Below are positions 27,151 through 39,389 of a DNA stretch of 64,000 nt, one piece after another; the stretch's first letter is position 1; every line of letters starts with the position of its first letter. The translations under genes and the position numbers were made by a program. The DNA comes from Octopus bimaculoides (Eukaryota): assembly GCF_001194135.2 (NCBI RefSeq), contig NC_068987.1, positions 48,737,124 through 48,801,123 of the forward strand, in the 5' to 3' direction. The notes beneath the pieces are model-generated. The model was given only the letters and a program-made list of their open reading frames with translations, did no database searches and was not told where the DNA came from.

Positions 27151-28417
27151 TTGGCATATTGCCTCATATTTTAGGACTTGAATGAAACACCTAAGTTTTA
27201 AAAGATGGAAAACACCTTGTTTAATGAACTGTTGAACTTTCTGATTGAGTCTAAAGATTAATTTTATTTCTGGAAACAACTATACACAGTGATGATAATA
27301 ATAACATATGAAAAGTAATTTTTTAAAAAAATTGTTGCTGCCAAATGATTTTCTCAATTTTTAAAATTTCACATAGTTATAAAAATTCTGTAAGATGGTA
27401 CTAGTTCTTTTGGAGGTATTTTTCAGTTTTTATTTGCTTATTTTTAATGTTTATATGACATAGGTTTTAATGCTTATTAGTAAATTTGAAATACTGAAGT
27501 GTAAAGGCCATAGTAGTAACAGTAATAGAAAAGACAGAAGCCAGCAAGTCTGTAGGCCAGAGACAGGGTTTTTTGGTGTGCAGTCTCTTGCCAATCAGTT
27601 GAGTGGTCATTTCTCAGATATGACCTAGGATGCCTGTGTGTGTAATATCATCAGCAGCAGCAGCAGTAACAACAGCTGTACTATCTAAGACATGGGAGTA
27701 ATACTTCATTGTGGATCTAATTTTTGTAGAGTATCAGCAGTTGTTCTGGGCTGAAGTATTTTCTGGCTTTGCTGTTCTGTTACAACATACCAAACATAAA
27801 TGAATAACTGATAAATGTATAATTCACTTAGCTCTATCTTTTCTTATTTATTATATGATTAAATAAAAACAAATAATTGCTTCAGTTTAATTGAAGTTTA
27901 ATTATTACCCTAATATATATTTGTGTTATTCGTTATCATCATTTAATGCCCATCTTCCATGAGGGCATGAGTTGCATGGTTTGACAGGAGCCGACAAGCC
28001 CAAGGGTTGCATCAGGTTTCAATGCCTGCTTTGGTATCGTTTCTGCAGCTGGATGCCCTTACTGATGCCAATCATTTTACATGTTTCGGATGCTTTTCTC
28101 ATGGCACAAGGACTAGTGAGATTGCCATGCAGCTTGGAAGACTAAGCTCTCCACCAACTGACTGGGTGTATAGTAGAGAGGGAGGCAGTTTGAAGGATTA
28201 CAGTGTTAGAGATGGGACCAGTACAGAATATGAGTGGCCAGGGTAGAGTTAGAAAGAGATAAAAAATAGTAGGAATGAGTAGACTCTCAAGATAGGTGAG
28301 TAAAGGTGGGTGGGGACAGGAGAAAAGATGTGTGGGTGGGTAGAGGTTGTAAAAGCGCATGGCTATATTTGCGAGAATATATTTGTGCTATTATTTTTTT
28401 TTTATTAATCTTTTTAG

Positions 28418-28526
28418 GTCCTCAAACTGATACCAACTTTAACAATACCTGCAAAATTGTTGTTGCAGTTTCACTATTATTTTGTGTAATATTGTTAATT
28501 ATAGCAATGCACTGGGGTCATCAAAG
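28418..28526 (+). CDS. BMPR1: BMP type I receptor, transmembrane exon
   Basis: tttttAG acceptor, GTaagt donor; 109 nt, phase 1 to 2. Encodes (G)PQTDTNFNNTCKIVVAVSLLFCVILLIIAMHWGHQ(R) with a hydrophobic span; phase matches the upstream exon. Confidence 0.85.
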
Positions 28527-28879
28527 GTAAGTCATCTGTTGGTTTTGCTTTCCTCCATTTTTTACACCAACCTGCCAGCAACCATCGCTTATTCTATGAT
28601 ACAAACTTCTTCTTTTAAAGTAATCCAGATTAAAACCTTCCATTAAAATTTCCATTTAATTTGTTCCAAACATCAGGTTGATAATAACAAAGTTGTATTA
28701 TTTTTTCATTTTTTTCAAAATTAATTTCATTATTTTCAAAATTAATTAAATTCAGTGTATTTCAACCAAAGTATGGCAACAAAAGCCTTATTTAATAATA
28801 AAAAGATTGTTTTGTTTTTTTTATCCAAGATTTATCTTCAAATTCTTATATTTTCTGGTGGGAGGATGAATTAGGCTGT

Positions 28880-28961
28880 TGTGGCATACAACAGCTTGAT
28901 AGTTATGGTAAAGGTGCTGGTGTGGCATACAACAGCTTGATAGTTATGGTAAAGGTGCTGG
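28880..28961. repeat. Perfect 41-bp tandem duplication
   Basis: TGTGGCATACAACAGCTTGATAGTTATGGTAAAGGTGCTGG twice. Confidence 0.95.
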
Positions 28962-29032
28962 TGTTAAGTTTGAAATTCACTGCTGCACTTGTTTGGTCTC
29001 AAAGCAAACCTGTGCAGTTGATACAAGTTGGA

Positions 29033-30234
29033 GACTAGTTATTGCACTACCACCCTACTATAAATGTATATTTAACATATCACTGCTTGACCAATCTTTA
29101 GTTCATGGCTACAACCAAACTCAGTCACACATTCTTTGTGTCCATATGCACCCCTATTGATACAAGTTGGAGATATGAAAATAGTTTGTTGGAAGATATA
29201 TACAAAAAAATATGTATTTGCATATAGAGATACTTGATGAATGCATGGTCATAATCACTTGATAATGTTAGCTCCTCTTCTTTTGCCTCAGATTGTTATT
29301 ATAGTACAAGTATTTGCTGTGTCATTTAGGTTAGGCATTTAATTTATTTAACTTAGGCTATATGGGAAAAGGATGCTTTTAGTGTTGGGAGGTGGAATGA
29401 TCTTGCTGTCGCCTGAAATGCCACAAGGCACAGTGAGAACTGAATGAATGAATATATGGGAAAATAGCTTTGGTGGAACCCATGTCATATGTTTCAAAAC
29501 AATTTAGAAATGCCTTTTTATGGGGTTTTGCAAAGAACTAGAAGTATTTTTTGTATGAAGGTGTTTCACTTCTGGATGAAATTATTGCAGATTATTACAT
29601 CATATAGTATTGTAAGCTTGTTATTCTATGTATACTTTATGTCCAGCTAAGTGACTATAACTCACCAGAAGTTAGGAACAATTGTGTGAAGTCTGCTTTA
29701 CTGATGAGGTCAAGTGCTTGTATAATGGTTCAAGCACCTGGGGGAAAAGACAAACCTCATAAACTGAGGTTTGTAAACTGAGTTTGTAAGCAGCTTTTGA
29801 GTCTCAGCTTGAGCTTACTAATAATATCCTTAGTATTCTTTGAGTTCAACTTTACAATATTTTTTATTCATGTTTAGCAGTGTTTTCAAAGGGGGTGGTG
29901 GAAAATTTTATATGAGTCCTGGGGACCAAGAGGACAGTAATGAAGAGCAAGTGGTGCCCCCACTATATATAGTTTAAGTCTTTGTCTCCTATTTAAATAT
30001 CAACCTTTAAAATATTTAAATGTAATATCATGATGAACTGTTTGCCAGGCAGAATCACAACTATAACAAATATAAATTGGAATATGAAGATAGATTTCAC
30101 TCGATAACTACAGGGGTGCATATGGACACAAAGAATGTGTGACTGAGTTTGGTTGTAGCCATGAACTAAAGATTGGTCAAGCAGTGATATGTTAAATATA
30201 CATTTATAGTAGGGTGGTAGTGCAATAACTAGTC
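29033..30234. repeat. Perfect 123-bp inverted repeat pair (29033-29155 and 30112-30234)
   Basis: Reverse-complement identity by manual comparison; the left copy is flanked by a 17-bp direct repeat TTGATACAAGTTGGAGA (29018-29034 and 29157-29173). Confidence 0.92.
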
Positions 30235-30394
30235 ACCAGCATTAAACTAGTATCCAGAACCAAATTACTATGGCCTGATATTATGTGCATGCACATCACA
30301 ATGGGGGGCATGCATTGACTTGTAGCAAGGGGACATTGAAAAGTTGTTACTAAAAAAAAAGGGGGCAATAGGTGAAAACATTTGGGAAAATGGG
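29878..30394. mobile_element. Possible hAT/Charlie-like MITE
   Basis: Starts CAGTGTTTTCAAA and ends ...TTTGGGAAAATGG, a degenerate CAGTGTTTCCCAAA-type TIR pair; no clear TSD. Confidence 0.35.
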
Positions 30395-30521
30395 CTTCCT
30401 GGATATGAAATAATTACATGATAAATTCGGTAGCCTCTCAAGTATAAACTTGATGTTTTGTAAAGATTTATGTAATCCTCTTAATACCAATCTGTTATAA
30501 ATCAGTCATACTAAATGTTCA

Positions 30522-31524
30522 TCTATACTATATATAAAACAGAGATGTGTGTGTAATCGCTTTTCACGTGAAATCGACTTCACCAAATGCTTCCATACTT
30601 GTGATGCGTGAATAATTTGACCTCGGATAAATCTTAGGCTCTTCATTTGATTTTTTTAATTAAAAATAAATAATATTGCTTTATATTTAAGATTCACTTC
30701 TTTAAAAAGGTTCCTCAATGTCAACTTCCGGTATTGACGTAACAACGGCAAAAAGCTTTCNNNNNNNNNNNNNNNNNNNNNNNNNNNNNNNNNNNNNNNN
30801 NNNNNNNNNNNNNNNNNNNNNNNNNNNNNNNNNNNNNNNNNNNNNNNNNNNNNNNNNNNNNNNNNNNNNNNNNNNNNNNNNNNNNNNNNNNNNNNNNNNN
30901 NNNNNNNNNNNNNNNNNNNNNNNNNNNNNNNNNNNNNNNNNNNNNNNNNNNNNNNNNNNNNNNNNNNNNNNNNNNNNNNNNNNNNNNNNNNNNNNNNNNN
31001 NNNNNNNNNNNNNNNNNNNNNNNNNNNNNNNNNNNNNNNNNNNNNNNNNNNNNNNNNNNNNNNNNNNNNNNNNNNNNNNNNNNNNNNNNNNNNNNNNNNN
31101 NNNNNNNNNNNNNNNNNNNNNNNNNNNNNNNNNNNNNNNNNNNNNNNNNNNNNNNNNNNNNNNNNNNNNNNNNNNNNNNNNNNNNNNNNNNNNNNNNNNN
31201 NNNNNNNNNNNNNNNNNNNNNNNNNNNNNNNNNNNNNNNNNNNNNNNNNNNNNNNNNNNNNAATTACTCTTGTGAGGATATTCACGTAAATCATTTTTTT
31301 CATTTAATCCCCATTTTAATTTTCGTAAAAGTTTCCAAGTACCAATGAGGCTTTTTGGCACATCTTCAATTTTCCCCATTCATGAGAGGCGCCCAGCCAT
31401 CATTCATCTGAGAGTCCATCTACAGAATGTCCTCTCAAATTTCTATACAGCATATTTTGCCTTTTTTTCTTCAAGTATATAAGCAACAATTTCATTCCCG
31501 AGCAACGCCGGGTGCCTCTGCTAG
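30522..31524 (+). mobile_element. Non-autonomous Helitron (N gap 30761-31260)
   Basis: A|TCTATACTATATATAAAAC 5' end; 3' hairpin CCCG-agcaacgc-CGGG (31497-31512) followed by CTAG|T; inserted at an A|T site with no TSD. Confidence 0.85.
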
Positions 31525-32352
31525 TATTTAAATAAAAATCTCAGTCAAAACATTACATTAATGATAGTGCAAGACTCCAATGCTAAACAGCAGTTCTCTG
31601 TATCCTAATTTATAAAATAAGATATTTTGTTACTTAAACCCCACCTAAACCTTGATGTTTAATATTATTTGAAACCCTTTTTACTCAGACTACTCATAAT
31701 TGAGTAGAAATTGAGTCATAAATGGTTCAAGCCATTCAGATATTCTTTATGTAAATATGATTTTATTAGGAAACAGTTAAAACAAGTGTGAACTATTTGA
31801 TAAAGACATTTATAATGTAAAGAAAAAAGAAAAAAAAAAAACTCTGGTAATTTCAACACTTGGTTTAACTATCTTCATGTTATAAAATTTGACTATCATT
31901 TTTTCACAAGCACACGTATTGCACTGTTGTAAACACTATTTAGGGAACTGTTATCAACAGGATGTCAATGAGATTATTCTGGAAAGAATACATTAACATC
32001 TTTTGAAATGGTAATAGAGCTAGTTCTTAGGTTCACGACAGGATATTTTAAGGCTGCCTCTGATGTTGACAGCTGCACTTCTTTTGTTTAAAGGTTGCAC
32101 AATAGCAGCAGCTGTTCACTCCAATTTTACCTTTTTGTTGTAAACTGCTAGAATTTCATGTTGAGCAGTGAAAATGCTGCTTCGTTACTGTGATACTTCA
32201 ATTTCTTTACCATTGCAGTTGGAAGACACTATTCAGTGTGTATATATTTTAGTTCAACATACCCATGTCTTTTATCTGACGCTTAATAGAGTATAAGCCT
32301 GAAAAATGTATCTTGTTCTTTTATTTGTTCAGCCACTTGCTTGTCTAATTTA

Positions 32353-32512
32353 CCGTATCTTAACATGTATAAGGAACCCCCTAATCTTTTGGGCTTAAAA
32401 TTTGGAAAAAAGGTTTTGTAAGGGATTATAATACTATCCATGTATAAGAAACTCCCATTTTTTTAACCTAATTTTTGACAAAAATGGGTTCCTTATATAC
32501 GTTAAAATATGG
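32353..32512. mobile_element. Tc1/mariner-pogo-type MITE (160 bp)
   Basis: TA TSDs; imperfect TIRs of about 27 bp, CCGTATCTTAACATGTATAAGGAACCC and GGGTTCCTTATATACGTTAAAATATGG. Confidence 0.85.
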
Positions 32513-33057
32513 TAATTATCATTGATAACAAAAGTTATAAATAATGCAACAGATTTTCAATTTTAAATATTTTTTTATTGATGGATTGAAGGTATTTATG
32601 CATAGCTTTGGGACACTATGTATGAAATAATTTTCATTGGGAAGTGAATGTCATGTGGTGTGTGTGTAGCAAGAAGCTTGCTTGCCAACCACATGTTTCG
32701 GGGTTCATTCCCACTGTATGGCACTTTGGGCAAGTGTCTTTTACTGTAGCCTTGCGCCAACCAAAGCCTTGTGAGTGGGTTTAGTAGGCGGAAACTGAAA
32801 GAAATTCGTCTGTGCGTGTCCCACTAGTGCTGGTGTGTTTACATTGCCGTAACTTATCAGTTTGGCAAAAGAAACCAGTAGAATAAGTACTCTGGCTAAT
32901 ACGTTTGACTAAAAATTCTTCAAGGTGGTGCCCTAACATAACTGCAGTCATAAAATTACTCTGGAAGATGGGAATTAATAAGTGGTGTCTAGAAAAAATA
33001 GCATAGGAGCTTTTTGTGAGCACACACAAAAACGTTTCCCATAAACGAACTTAAAGG

Positions 33058-33088
<31 letters not shown>

Positions 33089-34201
33089 NNNNNNNNNNNN
33101 NNNNNNNNNNNNNNNNNNNNNNNNNNNNNNNNNNNNNNNNNNNNNNNNNNNNNNNNNNNNNNNNNNNNNNNNNNNNNNNNNNNNNNNNNNNNNNNNNNNN
33201 NNNNNNNNNNNNNNNNNNNNNNNNNNNNNNNNNNNNNNNNNNNNNNNNNNNNNNNNNNNNNNNNNNNNNNNNNNNNNNNNNNNNNNNNNNNNNNNNNNNN
33301 NNNNNNNNNNNNNNNNNNNNNNNNNNNNNNNNNNNNNNNNNNNNNNNNNNNNNNNNNNNNNNNNNNNNNNNNNNNNNNNNNNNNNNNNNACACACACACA
33401 CACACACACATGCACATACATACCTTCTTAGATATATAGGTGGGTGTCTCACTAGACAGTAGTGTTCGTCTCCACTGTACATGTGTCATTGTTGGCATCA
33501 TTGTCATTTTAACATCCACTTTTCCATGCTTGCGGGTATCAGATTGAATTTATTGAGGCAAATTTTCTGCTGCCTGTTTTCAAGTAAGGTAATATTTCCC
33601 CATGGCCAGACATATTTTCATGAAAGTTTGAAAATGAAGGACACTGTTTGTACAATGGTGATGTTTGTTTTCAACTGTGGCATAGTGACAAGATGACGAT
33701 ACAAGGAGACATTACATATGTGCACACATAGATGGGTGTCTTTGAGTTTCTGTCTACCAAATCCACAAACAAAGCTTTGGTTGGCGCTGTACTACAATAG
33801 AAGACACTCAACCAAGCTACCAGCAGTGGGTTTAAACCCAAAATTATGTGATTGGAAAGCAAACTCCTAAACCTCTCAACCAGGCATTACATAATATATG
33901 TACATATTTATGTTATGTTAAGATTTTTTTTGTGTCTGAGGAGGATTTTTATGCCAATATGAAACATGCACTGGTTTTATTTCACATCTTTTATTATTAT
34001 TAAGAAATTGATTAATCAAACTACTTAATTGGTTAAATGGTTAACTAATAATAATAAAAGAAGTGAAATAGAACCAGTTCCTTATTAGCATTGTGACCCT
34101 CCCAAGATGTAACAAAATCTATTTCAACACAATTACTCATCATGAATTTTGCTAACCAAATGCAAAAACATAATGATACTTTTATCATGATTTTAATTTA
34201 A

Positions 34202-34406
34202 CCCTTTAGTGTTCATGCTATTCTGTCAAATGCAATGCTTATTTTTTTCACATTGTTTAGAATTAATCAGCCATTATCTTGTAACTGAGATTTTAATGAT
34301 GTGACTATTTTTAAAATGATATTGTTAAGTAGGCATTAGAGGCTAGATCTGATGAATTTAAGCCTAAAATGGGTAGAATATTTTGGCTGGTTTAAATGTT
34401 AAAGGC
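34202..34406. mobile_element. piggyBac-type MITE
   Basis: TTAA-CCCTTTAG...TAAAGGC-TTAA; an opposite-orientation relative lies at 43545-43764. Confidence 0.7.
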
Positions 34407-35504
34407 TTAAATACAAACACTTTGGTTTCAGGTGTGTTAGTATTAAGTGTTAAGCAGAAATCAGTTGTCCTATCTAGGGTACTGTAAAGCAACCAATCCT
34501 ACATATTACTGCCTCAACAATCTTCTCTGCAAGATATTTTTTGTTTTCTTTTTCTTTTAAATTTCTATTATTAATTTTGTTATTATAGCCTGTTTTATCT
34601 GTCCTCCTCCTACTTAAAAAAAACTTGAGTGCATTTTCCTTGTCATCTTGAACTTCAATGACTCTACTTCAGAGTCATTATCTTATTTGTGGTTATTAAG
34701 TGTGAAAACTGAGATAGTCCAACTTATCACCAACAAACACATTAACTTAAAAGAAGAAAAAAAAAATGCTGGGGCTAAACAACTCTATTTACTAAAATAG
34801 TAGCTGCTGTATGTAGCTACTCCAGCCACTTAGGCCTTGCAAACTGCACACCAAACTATCCACAAAGTCCTCCTCACTCTCTTCCTCCATCTCACATGCC
34901 AGCAACACTTCAGATCACTACAATTACTACGAGTAAATTTTCCATCTCATCCACATGAAATAGATTAATTATAATAATAACAGCAACAACAACCCTGCTT
35001 ATTACATCAAATTAACTGCAATTGTTGATTGTTTACATTAGGCCCAAATACTGAGCTAGGCTGTCAACTATTAACTACTAATACATCCCTCAGGAATTGA
35101 GACTGTTGTGTACTGACTGGGTTAGTCCTGCCTGACTCCTCTGAGCCATTATAGAAGCTTTTGATCATATGTAAACATAAGATATAGGCACAGTCGTGGT
35201 TGTTTAGTTCAGGAATTTGTTTCCCAACCACTTGGTTACAGGTTCAGTCTCACTATGTGGTACCATAAGCAAGTGTTTTCCCTATAATTCTGGGCCAACC
35301 AAAGCCTTGTGACTAGATTTGCTAGATGGAAAACCAAAGAAGATTGTCGTGTGTGTGCGCGTGTTAGTGTCTCCCCGTCTTGACATGGTGTGACATCATA
35401 TAAGCAGTGTCTTTCTGTGAAAACATGTCTGGCCATGGAGAAATATTACCTTACTTGTAAACATGTGAGGGCTGGTGATGGGAAGGGCATTAAGCCATAG
35501 AAAA

Positions 35505-36050
35505 TCATCATCATCGTTTACCGTCCGCTTTCCATGCTAGCATGGGTTGGACGATTTGACTGAGGTCTGGTGAAACTGGATGGCTACACCAGGCTCCAAT
35601 CTGATTTGGCAGAGTTTCTACAGCTGGATACCCTTCCTAATGCCAACCACTCAGGGAGTGTAGTGGGTGCTTTTATGTGTCACCCACACGAAGGCCAGTC
35701 AGGCGGTACTGGCAACGGCCACGCTCAAATTGGTGCATTTTATGTGCCACCTGCACAAGAGCCAGTCCAGGGGCACTGGCAACGATCTCTCTCGAAAATC
35801 CCACGAAGGCCACCAGGCGGCACTGGCAACGGTCACGCTTAAACTGGTGCATTTCATGTGTCACCCGTACAAGAGCCAGTCCAGGGGCACTGGCAATGAT
35901 CTCGCTCGAAAATCCTACNNNNNNNNNNGGGCACTGGCAATGATCTCGCTCGAAAATCCTACGACGGCCCCGCACAAGAGCCAGTCCATGGGCACTGGCA
36001 ACGGCCTCAATATATTCCATTCAGACCATGCAAGCAAGGAAAAAAAAAGC
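35505..36050 (-). mobile_element. RTE 3' UTR copy with an expanded internal minisatellite
   Basis: Same family as 3533-3970. Two units of about 115 bp (about 35687-35801 and 35802-35917) plus partial units, built on the core GGCACTGGCAA(C/T)G. Confidence 0.8.
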
Positions 36051-36289
36051 AGACATTAAAACAATGATAACAAATGGCTATTGATTGGTTTGAGTAAATA
36101 TCTTATAACACTTATTTAGCAACAATTAGATTATTAGGAGACTAATGGATTGTGATCCTCCAAAATCTGCACTTTATAACAATTGATAATAGTTGCTAAA
36201 TTATTTCATAATTTCAAGTTCTGTTATTAGTTCCTCTACATAAAATTCTTACTAGAAATATTAATTTGTAAAGTTAGCGAGATCAATTT

Positions 36290-36572
36290 TCGAGCGAGAT
36301 CGTTGCCAGTGCCCCTGGGCTGGCTCTTATGCAGGTGGCACATAAAATACACCATTTTGAGCATGGCCGTTGCCAGTACCGCCTGACTGCCCTTCGTGCG
36401 GGTGACACGTAAAAGCACCCATTACACTCTCTGAGTGGTTGGCATTAGGAAGGGCATCCAGCTGTAGAAACTGCCAAATCAGATTGGAGTCTGGTGTTGC
36501 CATCCGGTTTCACCAGTCCTCAATCAAATCGTCCAACCCATGCTAGCATGGAAAGCGGATGTTAAACAATGA
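36290..36572 (+). mobile_element. RTE 3' UTR copy, inverted relative to 35505-36050
   Basis: Close reverse-complement match to about 35515-35795; ends gctagcatggaaagcggatgttaaacaatgat. Confidence 0.8.
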
Positions 36573-37159
36573 TTTAGCTCTTTTGATACCAACCCATCTG
36601 GAACTCCTGATTCTGTGATACAAACTTGCTATTTTAAAAGAATCTAAATGAAAACTTTCNNNNNNNNNNNNNNNNNNNNNNNNNNNNNNNNNNNNNNNNN
36701 NNNNNNNNNNNNNNNNNNNNNNNNNNNNNNNNNNNNNNNNNNNNNNNNNNNNNNNNNNNNNNNNNNNNNNNNNNNNNNNNNNNNNNNNNNNNNNNNNNNN
36801 NNNNNNNNNNNNNNNNNNNNNNNNNNNNNNNNNNNNNNNNNNNNNNNNNNNNNNNNNNNNNNNNNNNNNNNNNNNNNNNNNNNNNNNNNNNNNNNNNNNN
36901 NNNNNNNNNNNNNNNNNNNNNNNNNNNNNNNNNNNNNNNNNNNNNNNNNNNNNNNNNNNNNNNNNNNNNNNNNNNNNNNNNNNNNNNNNNNNNNNNNNNN
37001 NNNNNNNNNNNNNNNNNNNNNNNNNNNNNNNNNNNNNNNNNNNNNNNNNNNNNNNNNTTCATTTACAACATACTTTTGAGAAATATAAATGTCAATATCT
37101 ACCATTTCTTCTTCCTAGAACATCAAAGGAAATATGGTAATAGTAATAATAATAACAAC

Positions 37160-37204
<45 letters not shown>

Positions 37205-38290
37205 CCTTTCTATTCTAGGCACAAGACCTGAGATTTTGGGGGAGGGGGTTAGTTGATTGCATTGAACCCAGTGTTTGATTGGTACTTATTTCATCAACCC
37301 TAAAAAGATGAAAGGCAAAGTTGACCTTGATGGAATTTGAACTTAATGTAAAACTAGAAAAAATGCCGCTAAATATTTTGTCTGGCACAGTAACAATTCT
37401 GCTAGCTCACTGCCTTCAGTGATAATAATGATTTCAAATTTTGACATAAAGCCAGCAATTTGGGGGAAGTGGGTAAGTTGATTACATTGACCTCAGTTCT
37501 TAACTGGTACTCAAAAGGAAGAAAGATCAGCCTTGGCAGAATATGAACTCAGAACAAAGATGAGTGGAATGCTATTAAGCATTATGTCAGGCATGCTAAA
37601 GACTTTGTCAGTTTGCTACCTTAATAATAATAATATTAATAATAATAATTCTTTCTACTATAGGGACAAATTTTGAGGGGGAGGTCTAGTTGATTATATC
37701 AACACTAGTGCTTTACTGGTATTTATTTCACTGAGCCTGAAAGGAAGAAAGGCAAAGTTGATCTTGGCAGAATTTGAACTCAGAACGTAAAGATGAACAA
37801 AATGCCATTAAGCATTATTATTAATAGTAATAATAATAATAATAAAATAATAATAATTCTCTCAGATTATGACACAAGGTGAGCAATTTTAGGGAAGGGG
37901 TTTATTTGATTCTATCAGCCCCAGTAGTTGACTGGTACTTTGTTATCTATCCCAAAAAGACAGAAGGCAAAGTTGATGTTAGCATAATTTGAACTCAAAA
38001 CATAAAGATCCAGAAGTAATACTGTTTAACATTTTGTCCAATGTGCCAATGATTCTGCCAGCTTGCCACCTTAATAAAAATGATAATTGTTCCTAACTGA
38101 GGCAAAAGACTAGCAGTTTTGAGGGGTTGGGGGTTAACTGATACCATCTACCTTCATTATCTTAGGGTGGTACTTCATTTTTAACGATATCCAGGGGAAT
38201 GAAAAAACAAAGTCGACTTTGGTGGAATTTGAACTCACAGCATAAACTGCTGGAAAAAATACTGCCTGGTATTTTCTCTGATACTTCAAT
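37205..38290 (-). repeat. Head-to-tail cluster of 5 family-B SINEs separated by (TAA)n
   Basis: Five reverse-orientation copies at about 37205, 37430, 37650, 37860 and 38090. Confidence 0.75.
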
Positions 38291-39389
38291 GCAATTGTAT
38301 CTAATTTACAAGACCAACTATTTTGACGGGAAGCAGTTAGTTGATATCATCCTGAATATTCTGGTAAAATCGACATATGCTGATCTCCTTCACAAAAACA
38401 TAGACCCGCATATGACTACACATTTTACTGATCAATAGTTATTTATTGAATTATTTTATTTACAGATTTTGAGCCCTTTTATGTACAACACTTAAAACTA
38501 AACTTTGTTGAAGTTGACCCACCCCCAAAAAAAAAAACAGATGGTGTGCTTCAATATTTACACTACCTGAATATTCATAGAACCTAACATAAATTAATAA
38601 AAACATGCATATTTTAGCTCCTATACTTACTTATGGGTACTAGTGTGTGGCTGTGTGATTAAGAAGCTTACTTCCCAACCACATGGTTTTTGGGTTTAGT
38701 TGCACTATGCAGTACCTTGGGCAAGTTCTTGTACAATAGCACTGGGGTGACCAAAGCCTATTAAGTGAACTTAGTAAACAGAAAACTGAAAGAAGCTTCC
38801 GTGTGTGTGTGTTTGTGCACACCCTTGTGTTGACATTATATGGTAATTGTAAACAAGCCTCATCATCATACAAGTGATGTTGTTTGTTGCTAGTCTTCAA
38901 TGAAAAAGATATCTGGCCATGGGGAAATATTTCCTCATTTAGAAAGGAGTGTTGGTGACAGGAAAGGCATCAACAAATTCCATCCAGCCCATGCAAGTAT
39001 GGAAAAGGAGATATTAAACAATGGTAATGACTTTCCACAGGAATAGAAACATTCAAACATATAGAAATTAAATGCACATAACTCATGGATATATATATAT
39101 ATATATATCATCATAAATATATCATCATTATATTTATGATGATAAATGGTCTTACCGATAAAGGTTTATTTCATACTGAACTACTTGGCAAAATTGTTAA
39201 TTGTTAATTCTATTATTAATTGACGATTCCCTGCCCTCATTTCTTGTATATANNNNNNNNNNNNNNNNNNNNNNNNNNNNNNNNNNNNNNNNNNNNNNNN
39301 NNNNNNNNNNNNNNNNNNNNNNNNNNNNNNNNNNNAAACATATAGAAATTAAATGCACATAACTCATGGATATATATATATATATATAT

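Noticed and set aside
35687-36005. Regularly spaced GGCACTGGCAA repeats resembling a CRISPR array
   Set aside because: The intervening sequences are themselves repeated, no cas genes are present, and the context is a eukaryotic LINE UTR.
37119-37136. Possible 18-nt microexon (cttcctAG...ATG|GTaata) in the TM-to-kinase intron
   Set aside because: It has plausible splice signals but encodes no GS motif, does not resolve the phase 2 to 0 mismatch, and such sites arise by chance; RNA evidence would be needed.
39055-39389. About 50 bp repeated on both sides of the 39253-39335 gap
   Set aside because: It flanks an N gap next to a (TA)n run; likely an assembly artefact.
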